DNA of 64,000 nucleotides. Source: Candidatus Latescibacterota bacterium. GTDB lineage: Bacteria > Latescibacterota > UBA2968 > UBA8231. Shown in pieces: positions 11,793 through 20,514 of the stretch. Position 1 is the first letter of the stretch, and each line of letters opens with the position of its first letter. The stretch spans positions 3,232,001 to 3,296,000 of the forward strand of contig CBDCDC010000002.1 in NCBI GenBank assembly GCA_965215195.1. The letters are read 5' to 3'. The notes under the pieces were generated by a model. It had not been told where the DNA came from, did not search any database, and saw only the letters and a program-made list of their open reading frames with translations. The position numbers were made by a program, and so were the translations under genes.

Positions 11793-11868
11793 GGGGCTGT
11801 AGCTCAGTTGGGAGAGCGCCTGAATGGCATTCAGGAGGTCAGGGGTTCGATTCCCCTCAGCTCCACCA
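11793..11868 (+). tRNA. tRNA-Ala (anticodon GGC)
   Basis: 76 nt GGGGCTGTAGCTCAGTTGGGAGAGCG...anticodon arm CCTGA-ATGGCAT-TCAGG...GGTTCGATTCC...CAGCTCCACCA; G3:U70 Ala identity; encoded CCA. Confidence 0.97.
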
Positions 11869-11887
11869 TGATAAGCTGTCAGGTAGT

Positions 11888-11924
11888 AAAGGGTTTACGA
11901 CATGCCGTCGCAGACCCTTTTTTT
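11888..11924 (+). terminator. Rho-independent terminator after tRNA
   Basis: AAAGGGTTTACGAC-ATGCC-GTCGCAGACCCTTTTTTT imperfect hairpin plus U-tract. Confidence 0.65.
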
Positions 11925-12003
11925 CGGATTTCTCGACCGCGAACATGCCCTGCCTTGGCTGTTTTCGCCACGTAAACTTCCCTAATAGCACGTTGAGAAC
12001 GGA

Positions 12004-15000
12004 ATGGATTCAGCCCATTCACTCGACCACATCGTTCGCCTGACCTCCCAGACGAACAGCTTCAAAGAGGTCGCCGCCCGGCTTGCGAATGGGCAGCAAC
12101 AAGTCCTATTCCACGGGCTGCCCACGACCCTAGCTGCGTTTCTCGCCAGCCACATTCGCACGGCCCTCGAACGCCCGGTGCTCATCGTCGCGGCCGACGA
12201 GGATCGCGCCGAACAGTGGCGCGACGACCTCCAAGTCATCGCCGGCGAGCAGATGGTCTATTACTTTCCGGCTTGGGACGTTGGCATCTACGACCGGCAG
12301 TCCCCGGACCTCGAAATTACCAGCTTGCGCGTAGCGGCCGCCGCACGGCTCATGCGCGGCGAACCAGCCATCGTCGTCGCCCCGGCCTCGGCCCTGCTCG
12401 ATCCGCTAATCCCGCCTCATGCCCTCGAATTGGGCACCGAGGTCCTCAAGGTCGGGGAGGAACGCGACCTCGACGCGCTCTGCTCGCACTGGGTCGCCTG
12501 CGGCTTCGAGCGCGTGGCGGCCATCGACGGCATCGGGCAATTCAGCCTGCGCGGCGGCATCCTCGACATATACCCTTTCGGGGTTGAGCATCCCTACCGC
12601 TGCGAGTTCTTCGGCGACGAGATCGAATCCATCCGCCACTTCGACGTCAGCACTCAGCGCTCGCTGAGCACCTGCGAAGAGGCTTGGGTGCTGCCGGCGC
12701 ACGAGGTGCTGCTCAATGACCTCTTTTGCGAAGACTACCTTCAGCGGATTGAGGCGGCTGGCGCGGCTGAAGCCCTCGCTCCGCTGAAAGACCAGCTAGA
12801 GCTAAGCGAGTCGCTCGACGGCATTGAGTGCTACATTTCCCTGCTCTACGGCCGCGACGACGGGCTTTTCGAGTACCTCAAAGAGCCGGTGCTCTTTTTG
12901 GACGAGCGCGAAGAAATCGCCGCGGCCCTCGACAAGGCCCTAGCGCGGCCGCGCCAAGAATACGAGCGGTCGCGGCAAAAGGAATCGCGGCTGCCCCCGT
13001 CGGCACTCCTGCGCGACGGGGATTGGCTCATTGCCCAGCTAGACAACCGCACCCGGACCGAGCCGGCACCCTTGGGCCAGCTCGACGCCGCTGTCCGCTT
13101 CGGGGCCGCAGAGCCGCGCGTTTTTGCCGGCGAGCGCACGCTCCTACAGCAGGAAATCGACCGGCTCGCAACCGAGTCCTACGCCATCCACATCCGCTGC
13201 GAGACCAAGGGGCAGGCGAGCCGCTTACGGGAAATTTTCGCCGACTGCCCCGAGATCCACTTTGGGCTTGGCTCGCTGCACCAAGGCTTCACCTTTCCGC
13301 AAGCCCAGCTAGCCCTGCTCAACGACCACGAGATCTTCAGCCGCCAGAAGCGCCGCTATCGCTATCGCCGGTTCCGCACGGCCAAGTCCATCGCCAACTA
13401 CGGCACCTTGCAGCGCGGCGATTTCGTCGTTCACATCGACCACGGCATTGGCCGCTACTCGGGCATCCGCCGCCTGCGGATCGGCGGACGCGAGCACGAT
13501 TGCCTCGTCGTGGTCTATCAGGGCCAAGACCGCGTCTTCGTCCCGGTCGAACAACTCGACCGCCTGCGCAAGTATTCCAGCGCCGAAGGCGAGGTCCCCC
13601 TGCTCAGCAAGCTGGGCAGTGCCGCTTGGGAAAAACTCAAGGAGCGCACGCGCGAAGAGATCTTCAAAATGGCCAGCGAGTTGGTGCATCTCTACGCCGA
13701 GCGCAAGGCAAGGCCCGGCTTCGCGTTCTCAGCCGATGGGCCTCTACACCGCGAGCTAGAGGCGGCCTTTCCCTTCCAAGAGACGCCCGACCAGTTGCGC
13801 ACCATGGAAGAGGTCAAAAAGGATATGGAAGCACCGCAGCCGATGGATCGCTTAGTCTGCGGCGACGTTGGCTATGGCAAGACCGAGGTCGCCGTGCGCG
13901 CTGCCTTCAAGGCCATCTGCGATCACAAGCAAGCCGCTGTGCTGGTGCCTACCACCATTCTCGCCGAGCAGCACTACCAGACCTTCTCAGAGCGCATGAG
14001 GCACACTCCAGCGCGCGTTGAGGTGCTCAGCCGCTTCCGCACCCCCAAGGAACAGCAGCAGATCCTCCAAGACGTCAAAAATGGCCAAGTTGATGTGCTC
14101 ATCGGCACCCATCGCATCCTCTCCAAGGATATCCGCTTCCGCGACTTAGGGCTTTTGGTCGTCGATGAGGAGCAGCGCTTTGGGGTCCGCCACAAGGAGC
14201 GGCTCAAGCAGCTAAAGCGGCTCGTCGATGTGCTGAGCCTGACGGCGACCCCAATCCCGCGCACCCTGCACATGTCCATGATGGGCGCTCGGGACATGTC
14301 GGTGATCAACACCCCGCCGCAGGATCGCCTGCCCATCCACACCGAGATCCTAGCTTTTGACGAGGCCCGCATTGCCGAGGCCATCCACCGCGAGGTCGAG
14401 CGCGGCGGTCAAATTTACTTCGTCCACAACCGAGTGCAGCCGATTCAGCGGCTCGCGGAATACCTGCAAGACCTCCTGCCGCAGGTGCGCTTCGGCGTCG
14501 CCCACGGGCAGATGCCCCCCAAGCAGCTAGAGAAGGTCATGGTCGATTTCTTGGAACGAAAGTACGACTGTCTGGTCTGCACTATGATCATTGAATCGGG
14601 TATCGACATCCCTTCGGTCAACACCATTATCGTCAACCGCGCCGATGCGCTGGGCCTGAGCCAGCTCTACCAAATCCGGGGCCGAGTCGGCCGCTCCAAC
14701 GAGCGCGCCTACGCCTATCTGCTGGTGCCCAAGGGCAAGAAGCTGACCAAGAAGAGCCGCATGCGCCTGCGCGCCATCGAGGAATTCGCCGATTTAGGGT
14801 CTGGATTCAACATTGCCATGCGCGATCTGGAGATCCGCGGGGCCGGCAACCTAGTGGGGGCGCAGCAACACGGATTTATCGCTGCCGTCGGTTTCGACCT
14901 CTACTGCCGCCTGTTGGACGAGGCCCTGCGCGAAATCAAGGGCGAGTACGCGCCCGACGACCCCGAACCCGAGATAAAAATCGCGGTCTCGGCTTATATT

Positions 15001-15402
15001 CCAGATGAGTACCTGCGCGACCCAGACCAAAAGATGGAATTCTACCAGCGCTTAGCCGACGCCAGCCGCATTGTCGATCTTTTGGACATCCGCGAGGAGA
15101 TGCAGGATCGCTTTGGGCGCTTGCCCCAGCCGGCGCGCTCGCTAATGTACATCATGGAAATCAAGATCATGGCCCGCCAGCTCGGCCTCGCAAGCGTCCA
15201 GTTGGAGCAGAGTCGCTTTCGCCTCGCCTTTCTGCCAGACAGGCCAGTCTCACCAGCCGACATCGAGAAGATGGTGGAGCAGTGTTCTACCCAGCTAGAC
15301 TTCGACTTGGGTGAGCAGCTCAAGATCGAGGTCCGAGTGCCGGGCCGCGACGAGATAGAGCGCTTGGAAAAAGTGCGCAACATCCTGGAGGAAATCCTCT
15401 GA
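12004..15402 (+). CDS. mfd: Transcription-repair coupling factor
   Basis: UvrB-like N-terminus (RGGILDIY), CarD/RID (GDFVVHIDHGIGRY), GDVGYGKT, DEEQRFG, TATPIPRT, QIRGRVGR, DLEIRGAGN, TRCF C-terminus. Confidence 0.98.
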   Translation: MDSAHSLDHIVRLTSQTNSFKEVAARLANGQQQVLFHGLPTTLAAFLASHIRTALERPVLIVAADEDRAEQWRDDLQVIAGEQMVYYFPAWDVGIYDRQSPDLEITSLRVAAAARLMRGEPAIVVAPASALLDPLIPPHALELGTEVLKVGEERDLDALCSHWVACGFERVAAIDGIGQFSLRGGILDIYPFGVEHPYRCEFFGDEIESIRHFDVSTQRSLSTCEEAWVLPAHEVLLNDLFCEDYLQRIEAAGAAEALAPLKDQLELSESLDGIECYISLLYGRDDGLFEYLKEPVLFLDEREEIAAALDKALARPRQEYERSRQKESRLPPSALLRDGDWLIAQLDNRTRTEPAPLGQLDAAVRFGAAEPRVFAGERTLLQQEIDRLATESYAIHIRCETKGQASRLREIFADCPEIHFGLGSLHQGFTFPQAQLALLNDHEIFSRQKRRYRYRRFRTAKSIANYGTLQRGDFVVHIDHGIGRYSGIRRLRIGGREHDCLVVVYQGQDRVFVPVEQLDRLRKYSSAEGEVPLLSKLGSAAWEKLKERTREEIFKMASELVHLYAERKARPGFAFSADGPLHRELEAAFPFQETPDQLRTMEEVKKDMEAPQPMDRLVCGDVGYGKTEVAVRAAFKAICDHKQAAVLVPTTILAEQHYQTFSERMRHTPARVEVLSRFRTPKEQQQILQDVKNGQVDVLIGTHRILSKDIRFRDLGLLVVDEEQRFGVRHKERLKQLKRLVDVLSLTATPIPRTLHMSMMGARDMSVINTPPQDRLPIHTEILAFDEARIAEAIHREVERGGQIYFVHNRVQPIQRLAEYLQDLLPQVRFGVAHGQMPPKQLEKVMVDFLERKYDCLVCTMIIESGIDIPSVNTIIVNRADALGLSQLYQIRGRVGRSNERAYAYLLVPKGKKLTKKSRMRLRAIEEFADLGSGFNIAMRDLEIRGAGNLVGAQQHGFIAAVGFDLYCRLLDEALREIKGEYAPDDPEPEIKIAVSAYIPDEYLRDPDQKMEFYQRLADASRIVDLLDIREEMQDRFGRLPQPARSLMYIMEIKIMARQLGLASVQLEQSRFRLAFLPDRPVSPADIEKMVEQCSTQLDFDLGEQLKIEVRVPGRDEIERLEKVRNILEEIL

Positions 15403-16220
15403 AAACACTGCTTGCCATCGCGCTCGCGCTCAGCGCGCTGCCCGGGTGTGAATCGTCGAGCACCCGCGCCATCGTCGCCCGCGTCGGAGACGCCGAACTC
15501 ACCGAGAGCGAGTTTGCAAGCCAATTTGCGCCCGGCCCCGACGCTGAGCTAGCCAAAGGCGAGCGGGAGCAGCTCATCGAGGACTGGGTGCGCCAGGAAC
15601 TGCTCTATCAAGAAGCGCTCGCCCGCGGGATCCACCAGCAGAAGCGACTCAAAACGCTTCTAGCGCAGATGCGACGAGACCTGCTGGTGGCGGCCCTGCT
15701 CGACGCCGAGTTCCAAGACCACGAGCTCGCCTTCAGCGAGGCCGAGATCCGCCGCTACTACGACGCGCATCAAGCCGATTTTCAGCGGCTCCGCCCCGAG
15801 GTTAAGGCGCGGCACATCCTCCTGACGAACCAGCGCGAGGCCAACGCCCGACGTCAAACCCTACTACAACGCGGCGAACGTTTTTCCGAGGTGGCCCGCA
15901 AGTACTCGCACGACGACGCCACCCGCAACGAGGGAGGTGAGCTGGGCTATTTCTCCGAAGTAGAAAATCCCGTGCTGTGGGCCGCGTGCCAAGATCTGCC
16001 GCTCAAGCGCATTTCCGCGCCGGTGCAGACCGAGTACGGCTACCACCTCATCCAAGTCCTAGAGCACTGCGAGGTCGGCACGGTCCGCGACCTCACACAA
16101 GTGCGCTCCCAGATCGTCGAGGCTCTGGTGCGCCAGCATCATCAATCTCAGCTCGACCAACTCGTCGCCAAGCTCAAACACTCCGCAGACTGGGCTATCG
16201 CGGCCCCCACCCATCCCTGA
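15399..16220 (+). CDS. Parvulin-type peptidyl-prolyl isomerase lipoprotein (PrsA-like)
   Basis: Frame is open from CTG 15399 (overlaps mfd TGA; GGAGG 7 nt upstream), giving MKTLLAIALALSALPGC; ARHIL, GGELGYF, TEYGYHLI rotamase motifs. Confidence 0.85.
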   Translation: MKTLLAIALALSALPGCESSSTRAIVARVGDAELTESEFASQFAPGPDAELAKGEREQLIEDWVRQELLYQEALARGIHQQKRLKTLLAQMRRDLLVAALLDAEFQDHELAFSEAEIRRYYDAHQADFQRLRPEVKARHILLTNQREANARRQTLLQRGERFSEVARKYSHDDATRNEGGELGYFSEVENPVLWAACQDLPLKRISAPVQTEYGYHLIQVLEHCEVGTVRDLTQVRSQIVEALVRQHHQSQLDQLVAKLKHSADWAIAAPTHP

Positions 16221-16222
16221 AT

Positions 16223-17560
16223 ATGCCACTGCATTCGCCAAATCGCCTGTTGTTAGCTCTCTGCCTCGCGCTGTGTATTGCGCCGCGCGCAGGGGCCTTG
16301 CCCGAACTCATCGACCGCATCGTCGCCACCGTTGACAACCACACGATCCTCTGGTCTGAGCTCAACTACCGACTGCGCTTTGAGGCCGAGCAGCGCGGCC
16401 TCTCGGTTTTTGCCGAATCCGAGCAAATCGAGGCACTCCGCCGCGAGATCCTCGACGCCATGATCGACGAGCAAGTACTGGTTCTCAAGGCCAAGCAAGA
16501 CAGCATTCAGATCGACCCATCCGAAGTCGAGGAAATGCTCGGCCAGCAGTTCCAGATGGCCAAGAGCAGCATGGACGACGGGCAATTCGGGCAGATGCTA
16601 GAGCGCGTGGGCTTGAGCGAGCGCCAGCTCAAGGCCCGCTACCGCAAGGAAATCCGCCACCGCTTGCTCTCGCGCCAGATGCGCGCCTTTGTCTCGTATC
16701 GGGTACACGTCAGCCACCGCGACGTAGAGGCGTTCCGCAGTACCCACCAAGACACCTTGCCGGCCCAAATCTCGCTCAGCCACATTCTGATCCAAGTCCA
16801 GCCCAGCGATGAAGTGCTAAAGGAGAAACGGGCGCGGATCGAAGAGATCCAAGCCCTGCTGGCCGCTGGCGGCGACTTTGCCGCAATAGCCCGCGCCCAC
16901 TCGGAAGATCCCGGCACGGCCTCTCTCGGCGGCGACTTGGGCTGTTTCTCGCCTCAGACTTTGGTGCCCGAGTTCGAGGAAGCGGCCTTCGCCCTGAAAC
17001 CCGGCCAGACTAGCGGGCCAGTTTTGAGCCCCTATGGCTACCACTTGATACAGGTGCGCGAAAAGCGCGAAGCCTCCATCTGCGCCAGCCACATCCTCGT
17101 CTTGGCCAAAACCTCGGAAAGCGACGAGGCCCGGGCGCGGGAAACGCTAGAGGATTTGCGCCACCGCGCCCTCAACGGCGAGGAGTTTTCCCAGCTCGCC
17201 CGCCAGTATTCGGCCAACCCGCAGACGGCCATGCAGGGCGGCCTCTGGGGCACCTTCCCCAAGGACGCGATCCCCGAATTTCTCCAGCCCTACCTCCGCG
17301 ACCTCAAGCTGGGCGACATCAGCGAACCCTTCTTTTTTGACGATGGCGGCCACATCATCAAAGTTGACGACGATCAAGCCGTGATTGAGGGCCTGATCCG
17401 CGAAAGCCGCACCCAAGAAGCCATGCGCCAATTAATCGACGAATACCGGCAGCAAATCCACATCGAGGTTCGGCTCGACGTGGAAAACTTGCGCCGACCG
17501 GTACGAGATGCGACTGGATATCTTTCTGAAGAACACCGGGCTGATCAAGCAGCGCAGTGA
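16223..17560 (+). CDS. surA: SurA-like periplasmic chaperone / PPIase (two parvulin domains)
   Basis: Signal peptide, LIDRIVATVDNHTILWSEL SurA N-terminus, SHILI..HSEDPGTASLGGDLG..PYGYHLI, second rotamase domain; start ATG 16223. Confidence 0.85.
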   Translation: MPLHSPNRLLLALCLALCIAPRAGALPELIDRIVATVDNHTILWSELNYRLRFEAEQRGLSVFAESEQIEALRREILDAMIDEQVLVLKAKQDSIQIDPSEVEEMLGQQFQMAKSSMDDGQFGQMLERVGLSERQLKARYRKEIRHRLLSRQMRAFVSYRVHVSHRDVEAFRSTHQDTLPAQISLSHILIQVQPSDEVLKEKRARIEEIQALLAAGGDFAAIARAHSEDPGTASLGGDLGCFSPQTLVPEFEEAAFALKPGQTSGPVLSPYGYHLIQVREKREASICASHILVLAKTSESDEARARETLEDLRHRALNGEEFSQLARQYSANPQTAMQGGLWGTFPKDAIPEFLQPYLRDLKLGDISEPFFFDDGGHIIKVDDDQAVIEGLIRESRTQEAMRQLIDEYRQQIHIEVRLDVENLRRPVRDATGYLSEEHRADQAAQ

Positions 17561-17789
17561 AGCCAAGCGGGCCTGCGACGCCGGGCGAGTCCAAATCGGC
17601 GGCCAGCAGGCCAAGGCTTCGCACTCCGTGGCCGTGGGCGAGCAGATCCACATTGCAACCCCCACCCGCCTGCTCGACATCGAAGTGCTCGGCATCCCGG
17701 AGCGTCAGCCCGCACGGCGGGACCGCCGCCGCTTTTATCGGATCCTCCGCGAGGAATACCGCGACCCGTACGAAGACCTGAGCTTTTAG
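17508..17789 (+). CDS. S4-domain RNA-binding protein (Hsp15/YabO family)
   Basis: MRLDIFLKNTGLIKQRSEAKRACDAGRVQI..AKASHSV.VG. Confidence 0.9.
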   Translation: MRLDIFLKNTGLIKQRSEAKRACDAGRVQIGGQQAKASHSVAVGEQIHIATPTRLLDIEVLGIPERQPARRDRRRFYRILREEYRDPYEDLSF

Positions 17790-17799
17790 GACGCGAATT

Positions 17800-18558
17800 G
17801 TGGGTAGCGCCGCGCAATCCCCCTACCAAGGGCTGGCCCCCATTTACGACTATGTAATGGCCCATGTCGATTACGGCGCATGGGCCGCTTACATCCACGC
17901 GCTCTTCGCCCGCTTTGCTCCGGACGCCATCCGCGTCGCAGACTTGGCCTGCGGCACCGGCAATGTGTCTTTTGCGCTCCACCGCCTCGGCTATGAGGTA
18001 ACGGGCGTGGACCGCTCCGAGGCCATGCTGCGGGTCGCGCGCGAAAAGGCCGCTGGCACCGGCGTCGCGTTCGTCCAGCAGGACCTGCGCCAGCTAGCGG
18101 GCCTAGGGCCTTTTGACGCGGCCACTTGCCTGTACGACAGCGTCAACTATCTGCTCGCACCCGCCGACCTCGACGCGGCCCTGCGCGGTGCCCAAGCCAT
18201 TGTGCAGCCGGGTGGGCTTTTCGTCTTTGACATCTGCACCGAGCGCAATTCGCTGCGCTATTTCCGCAACATGCGCCACAGCGAGCGGGGGCCGGGTTTT
18301 TCCTACGAGCGGCACAGCATGTACGATCCAGACCGGCGGTTACAGAGCAACCACTTCCGCATCCGCCGCAACGGGAGCGACGTCGCCTTAGAGGAAACCC
18401 ATGTCCAGCGCATCTATCCGGTCGCCGCCATCGCCGCCCGCGTCGAGGCGAGTGCTTGGGAGTTGCTCGCGTTCTTCGACGGTTTCACCTTTGACAAGGG
18501 GACCGAGGAATCGGACCGCGTTCACTTCGTCCTCCGCGCTCCGCGAGCGGAAAAATGA
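17800..18558 (+). CDS. Class I SAM-dependent methyltransferase (YqeM-like)
   Basis: YD.VM..VDY, DLACGTG motif I, GVDRSEAML, DSVNYL, PGGLFVFD. Confidence 0.9.
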   Translation: MGSAAQSPYQGLAPIYDYVMAHVDYGAWAAYIHALFARFAPDAIRVADLACGTGNVSFALHRLGYEVTGVDRSEAMLRVAREKAAGTGVAFVQQDLRQLAGLGPFDAATCLYDSVNYLLAPADLDAALRGAQAIVQPGGLFVFDICTERNSLRYFRNMRHSERGPGFSYERHSMYDPDRRLQSNHFRIRRNGSDVALEETHVQRIYPVAAIAARVEASAWELLAFFDGFTFDKGTEESDRVHFVLRAPRAEK

Positions 18559-19511
18559 CTTTGGACCTGCAGCTAAGAGCAACGCACGCATTCATTGAGG
18601 CAGAAGACGACTTTCTGCTTACTACCCACGTCAACAGCGACGCCGACGGCCTAGGTGCCTGCATGGCTTGGGCCCACCTGCTGAGGGGCCTCGGCAAACG
18701 CGCTGACATCGGCCTGCCCGAGCCACCGGCCGGCCAATGTTCCTTTCTCGCCGGTTGGGATGGCGTGCGCCACTTCGCCGACCTCGACTTGGCCGGCTAT
18801 GGCTGCGCCATTGTCGCCGACTGCCCCTCCCTCGACCGCATCGGCCCGGTGCGCCCAAAGCTCAGCCCCGACATCCGTCTCCTCAACATCGATCACCACC
18901 GCGACAATGAGTGCTTCGGCGCGGTGAATATCGTGGAGGAGGTCAGCTCTACCTGCGAGCTCCTCTACCATCTCGCCATCGGCCTCGGCTATGAGATCGA
19001 CGCCGTCGCGGCCGCCCAGCTCTATGCGGGGATTCTCTTTGACACCGGCGGCTTTCGCTTCTCGCTAACGACAGCTACCACTTTTGAAGTGGCGGCCGAT
19101 CTAGTGCGGCGCGGCGCACGTCTCGACGCCATCGCCGAGGGCGTCTTCGGCAACAAGAGCCTCGGCTTGGTCAAACAGCGCGGTCAAGCCATTGAGAGCT
19201 TGGTGCTGCGCCTCGGGGGCCGCGTGGCAGTGCTCCATCTCGACCGCGAAGCCATGAGCGCGGGCGAGCCTGACGAGGTCGTCAACTACGGCCTGATGAT
19301 CAGGGGCGTCGAAGTGGCCGTGCTGCTCAAGGAACGCACCCCCGGGTGCTACCGCATCAGCCTGCGCTCCCGCGACAAGGTCGACGTCAGCCAAGTCGCC
19401 GGCACTTTTGGCGGCGGCGGCCATGCCCGCGCTGCTGGGCTGGAGCTAACGGGTGCGCCCCGAGACATTGTCGAGAATGTATTGGCCGAAATTGGCCGCC
19501 ATTTGAATTAG
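18555..19511 (+). CDS. nrnA: DHH/DHHA1 phosphoesterase (nanoRNase/pAp phosphatase)
   Basis: HVNSDADGLG, NIDHH, SSTCE, DTGGF, SLRS, GGGGHARAAG. Confidence 0.92.
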   Translation: MTLDLQLRATHAFIEAEDDFLLTTHVNSDADGLGACMAWAHLLRGLGKRADIGLPEPPAGQCSFLAGWDGVRHFADLDLAGYGCAIVADCPSLDRIGPVRPKLSPDIRLLNIDHHRDNECFGAVNIVEEVSSTCELLYHLAIGLGYEIDAVAAAQLYAGILFDTGGFRFSLTTATTFEVAADLVRRGARLDAIAEGVFGNKSLGLVKQRGQAIESLVLRLGGRVAVLHLDREAMSAGEPDEVVNYGLMIRGVEVAVLLKERTPGCYRISLRSRDKVDVSQVAGTFGGGGHARAAGLELTGAPRDIVENVLAEIGRHLN

Positions 19512-19596
19512 TAATAATTATTCTTGATTATAGATTTTTATTTATTATATTGTTTTGTTTCGCCACCAAAAGAGCAACAAGCAAGGAGGCATTCCA

Positions 19597-20514
19597 TTGC
19601 ATTTAATTACCCTAAAGGACTGGTCTCCTGCCGACGTGCAGCAAGTTGTCGAGCTCGGCCGCGCCGTCAAGGCCACCCCACAGCACTACGCCGACGCCCT
19701 TTCTGGGCGCACGGTGGTCCTGCTCTTCCAGAAAACTTCGACCCGCACCCGCTGCGCCGGCGAGATCGGCACCGCCCAGCTAGGCGGCCACGCCCTCTAT
19801 CTCGATTGGATAAACACCAACTTCGGCCTCGCCGACTTAGGCGACGAGTTCCGCGTACTCTCCGGCTACGCCGACTTCATCGTCGCCCGCCTGCTCGAAC
19901 ACGCCGCTGTGCGCCGTGCGGCCGCCGCCTCGCAGGTGCCGCTGATAAACGGCTGCTGCAACCGCTACCACCCCTTGCAGGCGCTGGCCGACTTGATGAC
20001 CCTCCAAGAGGCTTTCGGCCGGCTCGAAGGGGTGCGGCTGACCTACGTCGGGGTGCTCAACAACGTCGCCAACTCGCTCATTGCGGCCGGCGTCAAAGTG
20101 GGCATGCACGTCACTTGCGTCTGCCCGGAGATCAACGCTGCCGCACGCGACGACGAGCTCTACGCCGAAGCCAAGTGCTTGGGACTCTACGAGCACACCG
20201 AGGAACTGCACCCGGCGCTGGCAAAATCTGACGTCGTGTACACCGACACTTGGATCGACATGGAGTTCTTCACCGATCCCAAGTTCGCCCGCGAAAAGGA
20301 GCGCCGGGTTCAGACCTTTCAGCCCTATCAACTCAACCGCGAGTTGCTCGCCGATCTAGACCTGAAAATCCTGCACTGCTTGCCCGCCCATCACGGCTAT
20401 GAGATCGAAGGGGAACTTTTGCACGACGAGCGCTCGCTGGTTTTTACCCAAGCCGAAAACCGCCTGCACAGCCAGAAGGCCGTGCTGCTCAAGCTAGCGA
20501 GTGCCCTTTCTTGA
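19597..20514 (+). CDS. argF: Ornithine carbamoyltransferase
   Basis: FQKTSTRT, HPLQALAD, NNV, HCLP, QAENRLH; AAGGAGG RBS before TTG 19597; SMG loop variant (DTWIDME). Confidence 0.85.
   Translation: MHLITLKDWSPADVQQVVELGRAVKATPQHYADALSGRTVVLLFQKTSTRTRCAGEIGTAQLGGHALYLDWINTNFGLADLGDEFRVLSGYADFIVARLLEHAAVRRAAAASQVPLINGCCNRYHPLQALADLMTLQEAFGRLEGVRLTYVGVLNNVANSLIAAGVKVGMHVTCVCPEINAAARDDELYAEAKCLGLYEHTEELHPALAKSDVVYTDTWIDMEFFTDPKFAREKERRVQTFQPYQLNRELLADLDLKILHCLPAHHGYEIEGELLHDERSLVFTQAENRLHSQKAVLLKLASALS

Noticed and set aside
11793-12003. Integrative element at tRNA-Ala
   Set aside because: No integrase, no duplicated tRNA 3' end noticed, and mfd follows directly
19500-19560. ARG boxes upstream of argF
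   Set aside because: Region is AT-rich with only loose matches to TGAAT-N4-ATTCA; not distinguishable from promoter composition
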